From: Schmidtea polychroa
Taxonomy: Eukaryota
Length of the DNA stretch: 64,000 bases
Reading direction: 5' to 3'
Assembly: GCA_044892525.1 (NCBI GenBank)
Contig: CM097885.1
Span: forward strand, 40,984,001 to 41,048,000
Under the pieces are notes generated by a model. It ran no database searches and was not told the origin of the DNA. It worked only from the letters and a program-made list of their open reading frames with translations. Positions 40,851-54,271 of this stretch are shown here, piece after piece. The translations under genes were made by a program, and so were the position numbers. Position 1 is the first letter of the stretch, and each line of letters starts with the position of its first letter.

Positions 40851-41727
40851 TCGTAAATTTAAATTTTCACTTGAATATTTAAACTACAATAAATTTACAA
40901 TTTTTTAGTTATTATATCGTATAAAGGGTCAAAAGTCGAATGAACAATCAATTTTATTGTACATTTCATAATCCAATTAAATATGTTTGTGAATACACAA
41001 GTTCTTCAGTTTAAAAAGTTATAAAGTTATGTTATTTGAATAATAAATTTTAAAATACTCAAGTTTTTTAATTTCTTTAACTATAAATATTTATATTGTT
41101 TTTACGAATAAATAAAATAAGTAACTTCCCTAAACTCACAACTTAAAATGAGAAAAATTTGAATTGTAGAAATGAAATGGTAATAATATGCATTGCGAAA
41201 TGAGTTAAGATCAGTAGTTTCCAATAGGAACCATATGGTCTTCAATATGTTGTAAGAAATTTAATAAAGCGATATCGTTTGCATTTATATCGGCCGTTGA
41301 TTAAAGGAACATATTTAGGCTCAATTTAAGCTAAATACTGAAACCCTTCAGTGGTAGGAATATTTACCGCCGTCGAAAGTAATTATCCCTGGACATTTAT
41401 GACGCAATGTATACGGAAAGAAAGATTACTTAAAACCATAGTTTAAATAATAAACTGTAATATCTTTGGAGTAATTAAATAATTAAATAAAATACAATCT
41501 ATAACCAATCTATGCATAAAATTATACATTTCCTCCAATGCAGATATAAATAATTAAAATTAATTATAATAAAAATAAAAATAATATAAATAATAATAAT
41601 AATTATACATAATAATTATACATTTTTCCAAATGACATTGCATTTATTTGGAGATTTAGACTATGAATCAGTATAGATATCGATGTTTTTTTTATATTCA
41701 CGAATTTTCGGCACAACCTTTTTCAAA

Positions 41728-41731
<4 letters not shown>

Positions 41732-41791
<60 letters not shown>
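41732..41791. repeat. (AT)n microsatellite
   Basis: Direct reading. Confidence 0.97.
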
Positions 41792-41794
<3 letters not shown>

Positions 41795-42209
41795 CAAAAT
41801 AGCTTTATTATTAAAGTTTAAACACTATGATATAGGATGTAAAACTTTATATTATTGTATATGTATAATTTAGAAATCAATGAAAACATGTTCCAGCTCA
41901 AGGTTATACACTACAGTAAAAGGAAGTCTTGGACGAATAGCAAAAGTAATCATTTAACTTGTTTATTTAGTGTATTTGTTCAAAATGCCATTTGAATGTC
42001 AGATGTTTATTTTTTGTTTCATCGTTTTTGGAATTTAATTATAATAAAAATAAACTAAAATTGTTTAAAATAAAACATTTTTGTTTAAATTTTGAAAATT
42101 TTAAGAATTCGTTTTTTGAAACCAAATTATGTAAATTTAAAATTTGTAGAGAAATTTAATTTTACAAAACAAAAACTTTATGCAAAATATATAAAGTGAA
42201 CTTTAGTTA

Positions 42210-42419
42210 CCGTATATTTATGCACAAACGTGCGGAGTATATCTAGCATATGTTCTCGTTTATATGCCATATATAATTCACATTTTTCTACTGAATTTAA
42301 CTTATCTGATATCAACTCTTATAGCGTGTCAATTCAGTTTGACTGGTTTAGTTAAAATTTACTGTTTATGTGAGAATGTTGGTTATACTCAGTTGTGCGT
42401 TATATGCACGAAAATACGG
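42210..42419. mobile_element. Small pogo/Tc2-like MITE
   Basis: ta|ccgtatatttatgcacaaacg ... cgttatatgcacgaaaatacgg|ta; TA TSD. Confidence 0.7.
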
Positions 42420-42487
42420 TATATTTAATAATTTGTTTGTATAATTAAATTCAAATTTAAAATATTTTAAATACATTTATGGCACAC

Positions 42488-42567
42488 ATTGATTGATTGG
42501 TCAAAATGATTGATTGGTCAAATTGATTGATTGGTCAAATTGATTGATTGGTCCAAATGATTGATTG
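42488..42567. repeat. 17-bp minisatellite (attgattgattggtcaa), about 4.7 copies
   Basis: Direct reading. Confidence 0.92.
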
Positions 42568-45034
42568 TGCTCATTGGACTTGTTGACAGAATAAATATAG
42601 TGCAAGATTAAAAAAAACTTTATTAATTTTATTATTTGGAAATTCTGGAGTTTTATAGCAACACATTAGTGAATATATGTTAATTTTGTTGAAACCATAG
42701 AAACTTAATTTTTCCTTTATTTACAAAGTTTTTTTAATTATTGATTTTAATTCCAATTCATTCGATAATAAATTTTTCTTATTTTGTCTTCCTATATAAG
42801 TTATATAAGTTAACAAAAACAAAAAAGCAAAAAAACAGTAGATTAATTTTATGTTTAATTACTTTAGAACTTAACACTTTCTCCATCCGAATGTTTTGAA
42901 TATTGTCTAGAAGATTATCTCAGAACTGAAAAAAGTTTTAAAAATTCAAATATTTTTATCATAAATAGACAATTAATTTCTTAGTATAAGACAGTATTAA
43001 AATATTTTAATTTATTTTCTGCATAATTTTATTTTTTTTAAACCCAGATAAATTTCTAACAGTATTTTTATATTACTGGTAATAGGAAATTAGAAAAATA
43101 TTTCAAAAAAATAAGTTAAAGTACGATAAAGTAGTATTACAAAAATATTAAAAAATTTTAAATTTTAAATAAAAATCTTTAAACTTTTAATACAAAATAT
43201 TTCTCCTTTTTTTGTTGAATTTTATTTTTCAAAGTTGTCATAAAAGCACTTTATTGTTTCAATGAAACTTAGCAATTTTTAATATTACTTGTTATGCGAA
43301 AAAGATTATTTAATTAAAAAAACAATTATATAAATTCAGACGACGAGTAAAATTTTAATAACACTTAATTTAACATTTGAAAAGTACTACTTTATAAAGC
43401 ATCTCATAGCACTTGAAACTTAATATCATAAAAATTGTACAAAACTTTAGATATATTTTAATTGTTTTTGTCTACAATGATCGGGTTCATATCATGAGCA
43501 TCAAGAACTTTAAAAAATGAAATTTGATGAGTTTCACTTGACGGTGAAATATAATTTTAATTTTTGATGATTTCCGATAATAAATTAAAAGCAAATTATT
43601 ATTAATAATTAAAAATAATTAAATTATAAAATTATAAATAGGAAATATTAAGATGTCAAATTACAGCTTTCCTACTCAGTTCCACGAATAAATCTGTGGG
43701 TCGAATTTACAAAATTATCATATCCAGTTTCACCAATTTGGGTAAAGTATAAAATTAAATCAAAAAATAAATTATTTATTTGTTGAAATTAAATTGTAAT
43801 TTATGAAACAGAATTATGGTAAGGATGGAATAATAAAATGTCGGTTTGGTAAATTACTCATTTATTTTTTAGAATTTCTCGGCTTTGGATACGAGTTGAT
43901 GTAAAACTGATAAAAGCAATAAAACATTTTAATAATTTATTATTAATAATTTAACTATGCATTCCATTATCTGGAGAAATACTGTAAAAATTATTGAGGA
44001 ACTGAAACCTAAATTCAACATGTTTTATCGCATCAGAATATGTCGGGACACGCACGAAGCTTAATTAAAATAATTATTGAAAGCATCAGTTAAACAAAAA
44101 AAGTAGTAATCTTTGAATATGTATTGTCTTCATGGACTATATTATTTGATATCTGCTCTTGTTGTAATTTCATTCAGTAACTTTGTTCTAATTTATGTGA
44201 CTTAGTGCTCATTTCTTCACTTGAAATATTAACAGATTCGGTTTTTCAGTCATTTTAACGACAATATTTCTTGAGATATCATTCACATTCATTGTATTTT
44301 CATCTTTTTAATTTAAATTCAAGGAATTATCATCAGTTTGAATTTCTCTAAATACTTTTTCCTAATCTCTTGAAGCAAAGTTATTTAATTTATTTAATAA
44401 TTATTTAATTTTAATTCAAAAACACTGACGAAAACATTTATTAATAATTTCAATTATTTTACCATTTCAAATAACACTAAAATTCTAATGGCAAAAATAT
44501 CATATTTAAACAAAAATATAGAAATAAGAAAATTTGCTTATATGTATTTTTGGTGAGAAATTAAAGTTTTCTTGAAATTGACCGTCTTCTTTCAGGATTA
44601 ATGATTGCAATAAATAATTTTATCCTTAACTGGATTATAATCATAAGTCAAATACAATTGGAAAGCTCAACAATTTATCAATCCATGAAAGCGATTCAAA
44701 TTGGATACAAACGTGGTCCACACTACAACATCAAAACGAAACCAATAATTCTCAAATGAAATGAAAATTCATTGCTTTATCAATCGATTCGATGAATTGT
44801 AATTATTTCACTGGGGAAATTTTAGCAGATTCTTCTAATTGCCATACAGAACGAACTTCGATGAAAACCGATATTAAAAATTCTGACCAGATACAACAAG
44901 ACGTTACTGAATACACTCATCCAGCCCCAAGGAAGTTCAGTACCAAAAGAAGCATCGAGAGCGAAAACAACTTGTCGAAAATTATTGCTGATTGGTATCA
45001 GCGAGTCGTTGTCGGTGTTTATGAATTGTGATTG

Positions 45035-45683
45035 TTTAATTCTCATTGATGCTGATAGAACCAAAGGTGATATTTGTTTTTGCATACGAACAGCAGTACC
45101 AGGATACATTGTCTAACCACTTGAAAAGAATTTATTGTTATATAAAAAATTTTCGAAAATTATTGAAAAATATTTACGAATATCCACATCGCATTTCATC
45201 ATACTGTTTTATGTCATCTTATGAATACTAGCAGTTTCCATATCCAAGAATGATTCCTGGAACGAATCTTTTGGACATTTGAACTTTTCATATATTATGG
45301 TAATAACTTGATCATTTGGTAGTTCATAATACTTTTCAAAGAACGATGAAAAAGCAGCAGTTTGCATTTCTTGTTCAAAATCAAGAGCAATGTAATACAA
45401 ATTTTCTTTAATATCTCTATTATTCCTTCGACAGTAGTTTAAAACTGTATCCTCTGTCTGTCATAATTTTCATTAGATAATCAGTTAAGTCTCTTCCGAC
45501 TAAATTAATTCTATAAATATGATAAAGTAACACATAACTTTCATAAATTGCCATAGTGTGAGATACATTATTAGAGTCCAGAACGATACTCGAGGTACGA
45601 CTTGAAGCGTTAAAAGAAAAAACTGCTTGAACTGCAATATCCATCATTAGTGCATTAAATGTCTCCAACATAATTTAAGTCAT
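45035..45683 (-). pseudogene. ACT (pseudo): Intronless actin pseudogene fragment (approximately residues 119-330)
   Basis: MT*IMLETFN...[33 protein letters not shown]...[24 protein letters not shown]; frameshifts and stops. Confidence 0.95.
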
Positions 45684-45873
45684 CGATCCTCCGTCAGGTT
45701 TGAGAATATCGAAAAGAACTTTTCCATCAGTTTTTGAAGTTGCATTTGTAGAAGCAATCGCTTTAAAATACACAAACACCTCTATGATTAATTTTATTGT
45801 CAAGACAAATAAATCCGTATCAATTCTTTCAGTTAAACCATTCAACACGTTCATTAACTTTAGTTTGATTCAT
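45684..45873 (-). pseudogene. Cold-shock domain (Y-box-like) pseudogenic fragment
   Basis: MNQTKVNERVEWFN*KN*YGFI (RNP-1 region), then after one frameshift EVFVYFKAI...VLFDIL (RNP-2 / VEFD-like). Confidence 0.7.
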
Positions 45874-46356
45874 AATTGAAATAAGGCCACTCCAATATCA
45901 AAATTCAGAAACAAAACAACAATATTCACCAAAAGCAATCCAAATCGAAACCAAAAATTCCAGAAAACCGAATTTTTTAAACAACCACCAAATTTCCAGA
46001 AGCAATCGAATACAATTACAATAAAAATTCAAAAACTCACTGACAAGAAAAAGTTGGCGCACGCAGATGCGAATAGTCAGAATTAATCAGTGATTCCAGG
46101 CGAAATATCTCCTAATGTGCGACAATAGCGTAAACATTAATTCAAACAAACTTTATTCATATTATAAAATCCCATTTCTAAAATGAATGTCTAAATAATT
46201 ATAAAATGTTTCCTTAAGTATAAATATTAAATTATATTTAAATAATTAAATGAAACTTATTTATAAAGAAATTAAAAAAATAAAAGTAGAATGACCTCAT
46301 AAAATGGTCAAATAAATTCAATTGGTTTGTAGTGTGTGACAATTCAACACACACTA

Positions 46357-47302
46357 CACCCAATTCCGAAATTGAGTAACCTCTATAATTCACGTTGGTG
46401 TGCACACCAGTTGAGTGAGTCACCATTTACGTGAAAATGAAGTTACTCAATTTCATTTATTCAATAATTTATTAGCAACAAAAATGGTTTTCAGGTAATT
46501 TTTTTAATTTCAAGTATATTTTAAGACTTGAATTTTGATCTTATATAATTATGAGATCATTATTCAAGTTCTTAAATATTACTGTTAGTCATCATTTATA
46601 ATATAATATATTAATAATTAAATTTCAGGTGTTTTTTAGGAAATTTATGATATTTTATGCATTAATATGGAATTATTTCGCTAAAATGTAAGTTAGATAT
46701 TTTTATATTTATAAATAAATAAAATTAATCACCAAACACATTTATTTTTTTAAGACATTTAGGTAAACATCGGCGTTCATGAACGAAATAGTTTTTTAAA
46801 TTTTTATAATCTTCTTTCTGCAGCTCATTTTCGATGGCTATTTTCTTTCTGTAAATCAAAAGATCTCGAAGGACCTTCAATATTTGAAATGCTGCCTTCA
46901 CGCATAAAATAAAATATTTTAATAGTTTGTAATTTAATGAATAAAACTTACATTGTATTTTCTTCTTTTTCCCTAAAGCTCAAGGTAGAGCTGTCGGAAT
47001 CTAAATTAAAAGTATTTTCTTCCATTTTTTAATAATTTTAAAATAATTATATTTTAACAATATGTTAACAGTTATTTATTTCGGAACAAAAACCTATATA
47101 AGAATTTTGCATGCATTTTTCATTATGTGTTTTGTGTTGGTGTGCTGAGTTATTTTTTTCTCACCTTCACAAAACCTATAATAAAGTTACTAAATTTTGG
47201 AATAATAAATTCCTACACACAGGTAAGTTTGTGTGTTCCTATAATATATATTTATTAATTTTTTTTTAGATTATAGAAGTTATTAAATTTCGGAATTAGG
47301 TG
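46357..47302 (+). mobile_element. TA-flanked non-autonomous TIR element, copy A
   Basis: ~33-bp TIRs cacccaattccgaaattgagtaacctctataat / cacctaattccgaaatttaataacttctataat; TA on both sides. Confidence 0.85.
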
Positions 47303-48100
47303 TATAAAGATGTAATAAAACAGAACTAAGTTTGCTAATTAGCGAAAAGATCAAATCCCTGTGAGAATAAAGATAAATAGCTACACATCAGCACAGTTCA
47401 CAATATTTCATTATTAAAAAAAACACACAGTTACACATTTAATAAATGTGTTGAAATTTAAATTATTAATATTTTTATTCCACAACTATTTCACATATGC
47501 AAAGCCATGTTAAAAATTTGATTAAATTATAATTTTTATTATAAAACTTTGGCAAAATATTGAAAAAATAGTTGTAATAAAATTATATTTAGAAAATGAT
47601 AAAACTTTTCAGTTAATAACAAAAGTATTGTTTACGTATTGAAATCAATATTTTACTTATATTAAACAATTCCATTAGAAATTCCAAAATATATTTAAAA
47701 AACTTTTTATTAAATTAAAAACATGAAAATGAATCATTTGTCTACATAAAAGTACAAATTAAATAATGTATTACAATAAAAATTATTTACTTTAAAATAA
47801 ATTAAACTTCTGTCTAAGCGCAATTGATTGTCACATATTTAATGTCTTAAAAACGCTTACACCATTTTCTAATCAAGTCTTTTATAAGCAGATTATTTAT
47901 ACGTCATATTCACGTGACATTTTTGTAATTATAATAAAAATACATTAACGATAAATTAATTGAAAACTTTGTACTCATTTTTACATTTTGATGGATGTGA
48001 ACTGAATCGAATATATTTCATTTTCATCTCGTGTTTCTAACTTCTTGTTTCTAAAATGACATATTTTTGCATATAACAGATAGAATTTGGAAATGATGTA

Positions 48101-49077
48101 CACCTAACCGCGAAATATAACATTATCTATAATCTAAAAAAAAATCAATAAATATATATTATAGGAACACACAAACTTACCTGTGTGTAGAAATTTAATG
48201 CCGCGAAATTTAACATATTTATTATAGGAATCTAAAAAGTGAGAGAAAATAATTAAGCATACAAGCACAGCACACATAATGAAAAATACATACAAAATTA
48301 AGTAAAGTGTTTTTCATGCGAAATTCAGATTGATTAACATATAATTAACATATCAATATTTTAAAATTATTTAAAAAATTATGTACAAAAAAACTTTTGA
48401 ATCAGATTCCGACTGCTCTACGTTGAGCTTTAGGGAAAAAGAAGTAAATACATCGTAAGATTTAATTATAAAATAATTTAGAATATAAAATTTCTTTAGA
48501 TTTACAGATATTGAAGAAGATCCTTCGACATCTTTGAATTTGCAGGAAAAATATCGCAAATCGTAAATTTTAATAAATTATTTTAACAAATTAATATTTT
48601 CATAGAATTACAGAAATAGACAAAATTCGAAAGAAGATTACAAAAACTTAAAAAATATTTTATCCATTCTTTACTAAATGTCTTTAAAAAATAAATGTTT
48701 AGTGATTACTTTACATATTTATAATTATAAAAATATCTAACTTACATTTTTACGAAATAAATCCAAATAAATCTAAATAAATCCAAATAAAATACCATAA
48801 AATTCCTAAAAAACACCTGAAATTTAATTATATATTATCAATATTATAAATGCTGACTAACAGTAATATTTAAGAACTTGAATAATGATCTCATAATTAT
48901 ATAAAATCAAAATTCAAGTCCTAAAAATTACTTCAATGCAAAAACTTACCTTTAAACGATTTTTGGAAAATTGAATAAATGAAATTAAGTTAACATTGTC
49001 ATATAATTGGTGACTCACCTCAGGTGGTGTGCACACCAACTTATATTATAGACAATGTTAACTTTCGCGGTTAGGTG
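48101..49077 (-). mobile_element. TA-flanked non-autonomous TIR element, copy B (inverted relative to A)
   Basis: ~33-bp TIRs cacctaaccgcgaaatataacattatctataat / cacctaaccgcgaaagttaacattgtctataat; interior is collinear with the reverse complement of copy A. Confidence 0.85.
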
Positions 49078-50488
49078 TATCTAATTTAAACCAAACTCGC
49101 GTCCTGTATGCATTAACCAATGAAAACAATTCTTTATTAATTCATACGAAATCTACATTAAAATTTTAAAATTCTAAAATTTTAAAAATTTCTAAAATTA
49201 TTTCTAAATTTCTAGTTATATTAAAATATTTACTATTGAAATCTTTCTATGGAAATTTAAAATATCAGTAAATTCGAAATTTATTAGTTTTAAATAAAAA
49301 TGCGCCTAAATTGTATTTTGTCATTTGAATTTGTCTAAAGATTCAAATATTTCAATAAAAATCTTATTTAAAAAGTATTCTTTCAAGTAAGTCATACTCA
49401 TATTTAATATGCATTTAGATGATGTAAAACGTGGATAGTTTGGTCTAAAGAGATGGAATATATTTCAAAAGCTAACCGAATGTTATTAATATAAATGAAA
49501 AATGTTACTTTTTCTGGCGTTATTAAAAAATAGCTGAAATATTTAACAAAGCAATAAAGATAAAATATATAAAATCTGAAAAACGGACCAGGGATGGAAT
49601 CGATATCAAAGAACCGTAGAAGATGTGTAAATTTGACATAAAATGTGCACGCGAAAGTGTGAATTGCACAGAAACAATAAATTTATAATTAATTAATTAA
49701 TGGAATTATATTTTGAAAATGGATTTTGAATTAAATCGATGATTTACAACGATTTAGTGAAGATGGTTCAATAAAAAATTTAAGGAAGGGGCTTAGAAAA
49801 CACAAAATGTAATTAATTGAATGAAAGAATAGCTCAATCAAACAAAATTAAACTTTGCTTCTCATTTTAATTCCAAATCAAGATGCCCAAGTAAGATCAA
49901 GTTAGGTGAACTTCCTTTTTACTTTTTCTCAAAAAAAGAAATTAGCATTTAATTTTCATTAAGATAGGATCATGTCAAATCTTTGAGATTTTATTCCAAA
50001 CATTGACAAGTTGTTGTTAATCCATCAAGCCCATTTATTATATGTTACCTTATCTTCAATAGATTGAACATTACCTAGTTAGGTTTATATTATTGTTTAT
50101 GATAATAAGGTCTACGTCATCTTCCTTCCACAGAATATCATCCTCTGTAATTTTCGTCTTAAAATAAAATCATCAGATTCGATTATAATTTTAAATTTAT
50201 TTTAAACGATATTTTGAAGTTTTTAAGTCAAATAAAATCGATAAAGAAAAATTATAATTAAAAGAATTGTTAATTATCATTCATAAATATTTTAATTGAG
50301 CCTAAAATTACAAAGTGATCTTATATCAAACAAATCAATTAAAGGCATGCAGAAGTCTTAATTTTGATATTAATATAAATATAAATTATAGCATTTTTTT
50401 TAAATATTTAATAATAATAAAAATAATATAATAATTAATAAAATAAAATAATAATATAACTATTAATAATACTACAAATATTAGTAAT

Positions 50489-50501
50489 TATGATGATGAT
50501 G

Positions 50502-50598
<97 letters not shown>
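50489..50598. repeat. (GAT)n/(AAT)n microsatellite
   Basis: Direct reading. Confidence 0.95.
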
Positions 50599-50599
<1 letters not shown>

Positions 50600-51120
50600 T
50601 CATTTGATACATTGGTAATATATATCCGTTGTTGTGTTTTCACCAATATGGGAAAACACTGTTATCACAGACTTTACATGATTGAAGTATATCCTTTGTG
50701 ATATGTCTTGGAGCTCCATTGTCATCTAATCCTTATAATGTTCTTTGCCAATTTCATTTATTATCCAGTTTTGTTACATGTCACATTTCCGGCAACAAAT
50801 GATACGTTGTTGTTCTGAATGAAATACACAAAACACGCAAACGGTTTAATTTTAAGAGATTTTTTTCAAAAACAAAATTCTTGAAACTAGGCTCATTAGG
50901 TAATTTGATACCTATCATATGGTCTTTTAATGTTGAAAGATGCAGCAGATGCACAGTTTCCGAGTATAAATTTAATTCAATGTTTTCTAAGTTTGTCAAA
51001 ATTTTGAAGCAATATATTTTATTAGTTTAAAGATTTCTCAATGTTTACTGTATAATCATATTTTATTCAAATAATATTAATTTTTTATTTAATTAATTAA
51101 GCAAATAATTTATTATTTAG

Positions 51121-51267
51121 CGCAGATATACCAGGGATCTATTTGATGATATTGTTGATAGCTTGCAATCAAATTCGGAAAATTTAGTATCGGATGAAGA
51201 GAAACTGTTAACTCTTTTCAAATGCTTCAATAATTTCTTCAATAAAAAATTTGATTCGGAAAGAATG
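51121..51267 (+). CDS. Unidentified gene, internal exon A
   Basis: tttag|RRYTRDLFDDIVDSLQ...KFDSERM|gt; 147 nt open; followed by a 47-nt intron. Confidence 0.65.
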
Positions 51268-51314
51268 GTTATTATTTTTATTATTATTAAAACTATTCAT
51301 AATTTATTTTTTAG

Positions 51315-51433
51315 TTTAAAGCTATTTCTTATGTGCTGACAAGGGAACACTCAAAAATAATAATGTCATGGTTAAAACAAAAGAAAGCTGATAATATATA
51401 TGTAATTGGAAGGTTTATTCTACATGTTACCAG
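51315..51433 (+). CDS. Unidentified gene, exon B
   Basis: ttag|FKAISYVLTREHSKIIMSWLKQKKADNIYVIGRFILHVT|gtatga; phase 2, compatible with exon C. Confidence 0.65.
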
Positions 51434-52145
51434 GTATGAAAAGGATAATCTTTCTTTTTATACACATATAATTAAATTAAATAATTCAATTACTTTTGGT
51501 GTTGGAAGGTAAATTATTTCTGGTAAATGCAACTTTAAAAACATATTTTAAGTTTATTTAAAGGTATTCATTTATTAAAATAAAATACGTCATATAATAT
51601 AAAGTCAAAATTAGAAAATACGGCAGTTAAGGTTTATAATTTAAAGATATTCATCATTTGAAGGTCTGCAGAATTTATGCTGAAAATATTGCATTGTAAT
51701 GATTTGAAAATCCAAATAATCTCTCCATTAATTTTTTATCTTCGCTTGCGGATAATAAAATGACATACATTATTACTTGAAGTATAGTCAAATTATGTAA
51801 ATCTTTTTTCAAAAAATATTCCTATAATTAAAACAAACTGTAAAAGTAATTTTTGAACTAATTTAACTATTTTAAAATTTTTAATCATAATGAATTCCCT
51901 CAAATATCTGTAATACTACTGTTGAGGATAACTAAGCAATAAAATTATATAATTTATTAAATGAGTGGGGAAAAAGTATAAAATAAAAAGTAGGTTATTT
52001 CAAAATTTTGAGAAGCAGGAGCAAGAGAACAAATGGGAAAATGAAAAGAATAACAAAATCAATAAAATTAAATTATGAAATACGATAAATTATAAATTGA
52101 AAGGGAAAAAATTATTTTTAATGTGGTTGTGTATTTTGATTAATA

Positions 52146-52356
52146 CCGTATTAGCCCGAATATAACGCGACAATTTTTAACATTTTATTTTTATTAAATT
52201 TTGGTTTAAATTAATTAAATTTATAGTCATGAATATAACCTATGTATTACTTTTAATTACCTAACCAAACGCTTATCTGATTGAATTTCCCTTAATTTTA
52301 ATTTTTTAAGTATTTTTTATCTAAATCGGGGTCGCGTTATATTCGGGCTAATACAG
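52146..52356. mobile_element. pogo/Tc2-like MITE
   Basis: 26-bp near-perfect TIR ccgtattagcccgaatataacgcgac; TA TSD. Confidence 0.9.
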
Positions 52357-52619
52357 TAGAACCTTTGAAATTCGCATCATTAAATGAAACTTTATAAGAT
52401 TGGCTGATCATTAAATCTCAAATTCAACCTTTTAAAATAATTTCAAACAATACTTTATTTCAAAAAGATAAACAACCCGGAAAATTCCAAAGCTCTACAA
52501 AGCAAATAAAACCACTTAATGTGGTAAAGTAAGAACAAATACTTGTTTTAATCAAATAATTTGTTTCCAAAAAAGTGGATTAATGAATCCAAAAAACAAA
52601 CGCGCACAAGACGCGAGCA

Positions 52620-53005
52620 AAAGTGGGGGGGGGTTCTGCTGCAGTAATTTTTTTCTGCTTTTTGATTACGCAATTGCTGCACAAATGCCCTCATATTTTT
52701 TTTCAATACAAAAATGGGTCTTCACTAAAAAAGCTAAGGATTATTCAGACTATAGTGAGGTGGTCTCCATGGTCCTGGGATTTGCAATACAAAATTTTTT
52801 TTTTCAACACAAAATCCGACTATCACTAAAAGCATGGATTATTCAGACTATAGTGAGGGGGTCTCGATTGATCCAGGGATTTTCAATACAAACAAAAAAT
52901 TATTACCTTGCAAATAGGGCACACACAAACACAAAATTATTACTTTGCAAACAGGGCTCACACAAAAACAAATAATTTTTCAAGCCTCTGTGTATCGATA
53001 TCCGA
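52620..53005 (+). repeat. Dispersed repeat, copy 2 (shared with 16230-16660), with internal tandem duplications
   Basis: Two ggattattcagactatagtgag units and two aaaattattac.ttgcaaa.agggc units. Confidence 0.75.
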
Positions 53006-54037
53006 AAAATCCCACTGTCTGCTTATGAAAAGAAGTTTAACTTACGAGAGTCAACAGTATCATTTTTACTGAACTTTAAGAAATTTAATTGATCCATTGT
53101 CACTAAATGACCCTACGGACTATTTTGAGTTTTCAAAGCTTTATTTTGATCTTTCTGCTTATCTTTTTGTGATTTGTTGAGCAATAGCCATTTACCATAG
53201 AATTTCCAAGAATATCGTGATTAATAAATATCGTTTGGTTATGGTCAAAGAATTTGTGACATATAAGATTTATTTAAATTTCGATAATACCATCAAGCGG
53301 CTCATTACAAATATTGTAATAAACATTAAATATTTTCACGAAATGCGGAGTTAACTGATTTTTAAAAAATTTATTTATCAAATTGAAAAAAAAATTAATT
53401 TGAAAGTTTCCGCAATTTTGTAGTAATCATAATGGGAGAAGAATTAAAAAATCCAAAATTGTAGTAGCAGTTTGATTGCAATTAAAATATTTTGAATGGA
53501 GTTTAGCGAGTAATGATAAGTTCTTAAATAAAATACTAAATTTTACAAGTTTTACAATTTTAAATATTTTTCTTTTTATTTTTATAGATTAAATTAATAG
53601 TAGAAAATAGGCGACACGTAACAGGTGATATTTATTCTGGAAGAGATAATTCCCATGACACTAACAGTAAAAAATAAAAGAAAAAAATGTTTAGAAAAGG
53701 AAATGTTTGATTGTTAAAAATAGGTAATTCAAACAAATCCTTTCTAATAATTATTAATTATATATAATAAACATATCAATATGTTAACACTTTCTCATGT
53801 ATAAGTATGTCAGCCAAAATCTCCGCATTCTAAATTTTTGGCATTCCATTATTTGTTTAATCCGCCAGCAAATTTTCATAGAATATATAGAAACTTAAAA
53901 ATTATTATTGAAATTTTTAATGAAATATTGAATTAATGATAATCAATATTTTCTACGAAAATTTTGAGGAATTAAATTTATTAATAAACATAATTACTTT
54001 GAAAATTAAACTTTAATTCTTTTCAATAATATTAATA

Positions 54038-54182
<145 letters not shown>

Positions 54183-54271
54183 TTATATTTTTCATTTTAT
54201 TTATTTTATTTAAATTTATTTAAATTAAAATTAAACTTTATTTAATTGAAAATTAATATATATTTCTATAG

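Noticed and set aside
51920..52100. Third copy of the TGTTGAGGATA LTR
   Set aside because: Similarity is limited to ~11 bp plus purine richness.
52583..52975. 130-aa ORF
   Set aside because: It lies in a dispersed, internally duplicated repeat; its repeated peptides mirror DNA repeats.
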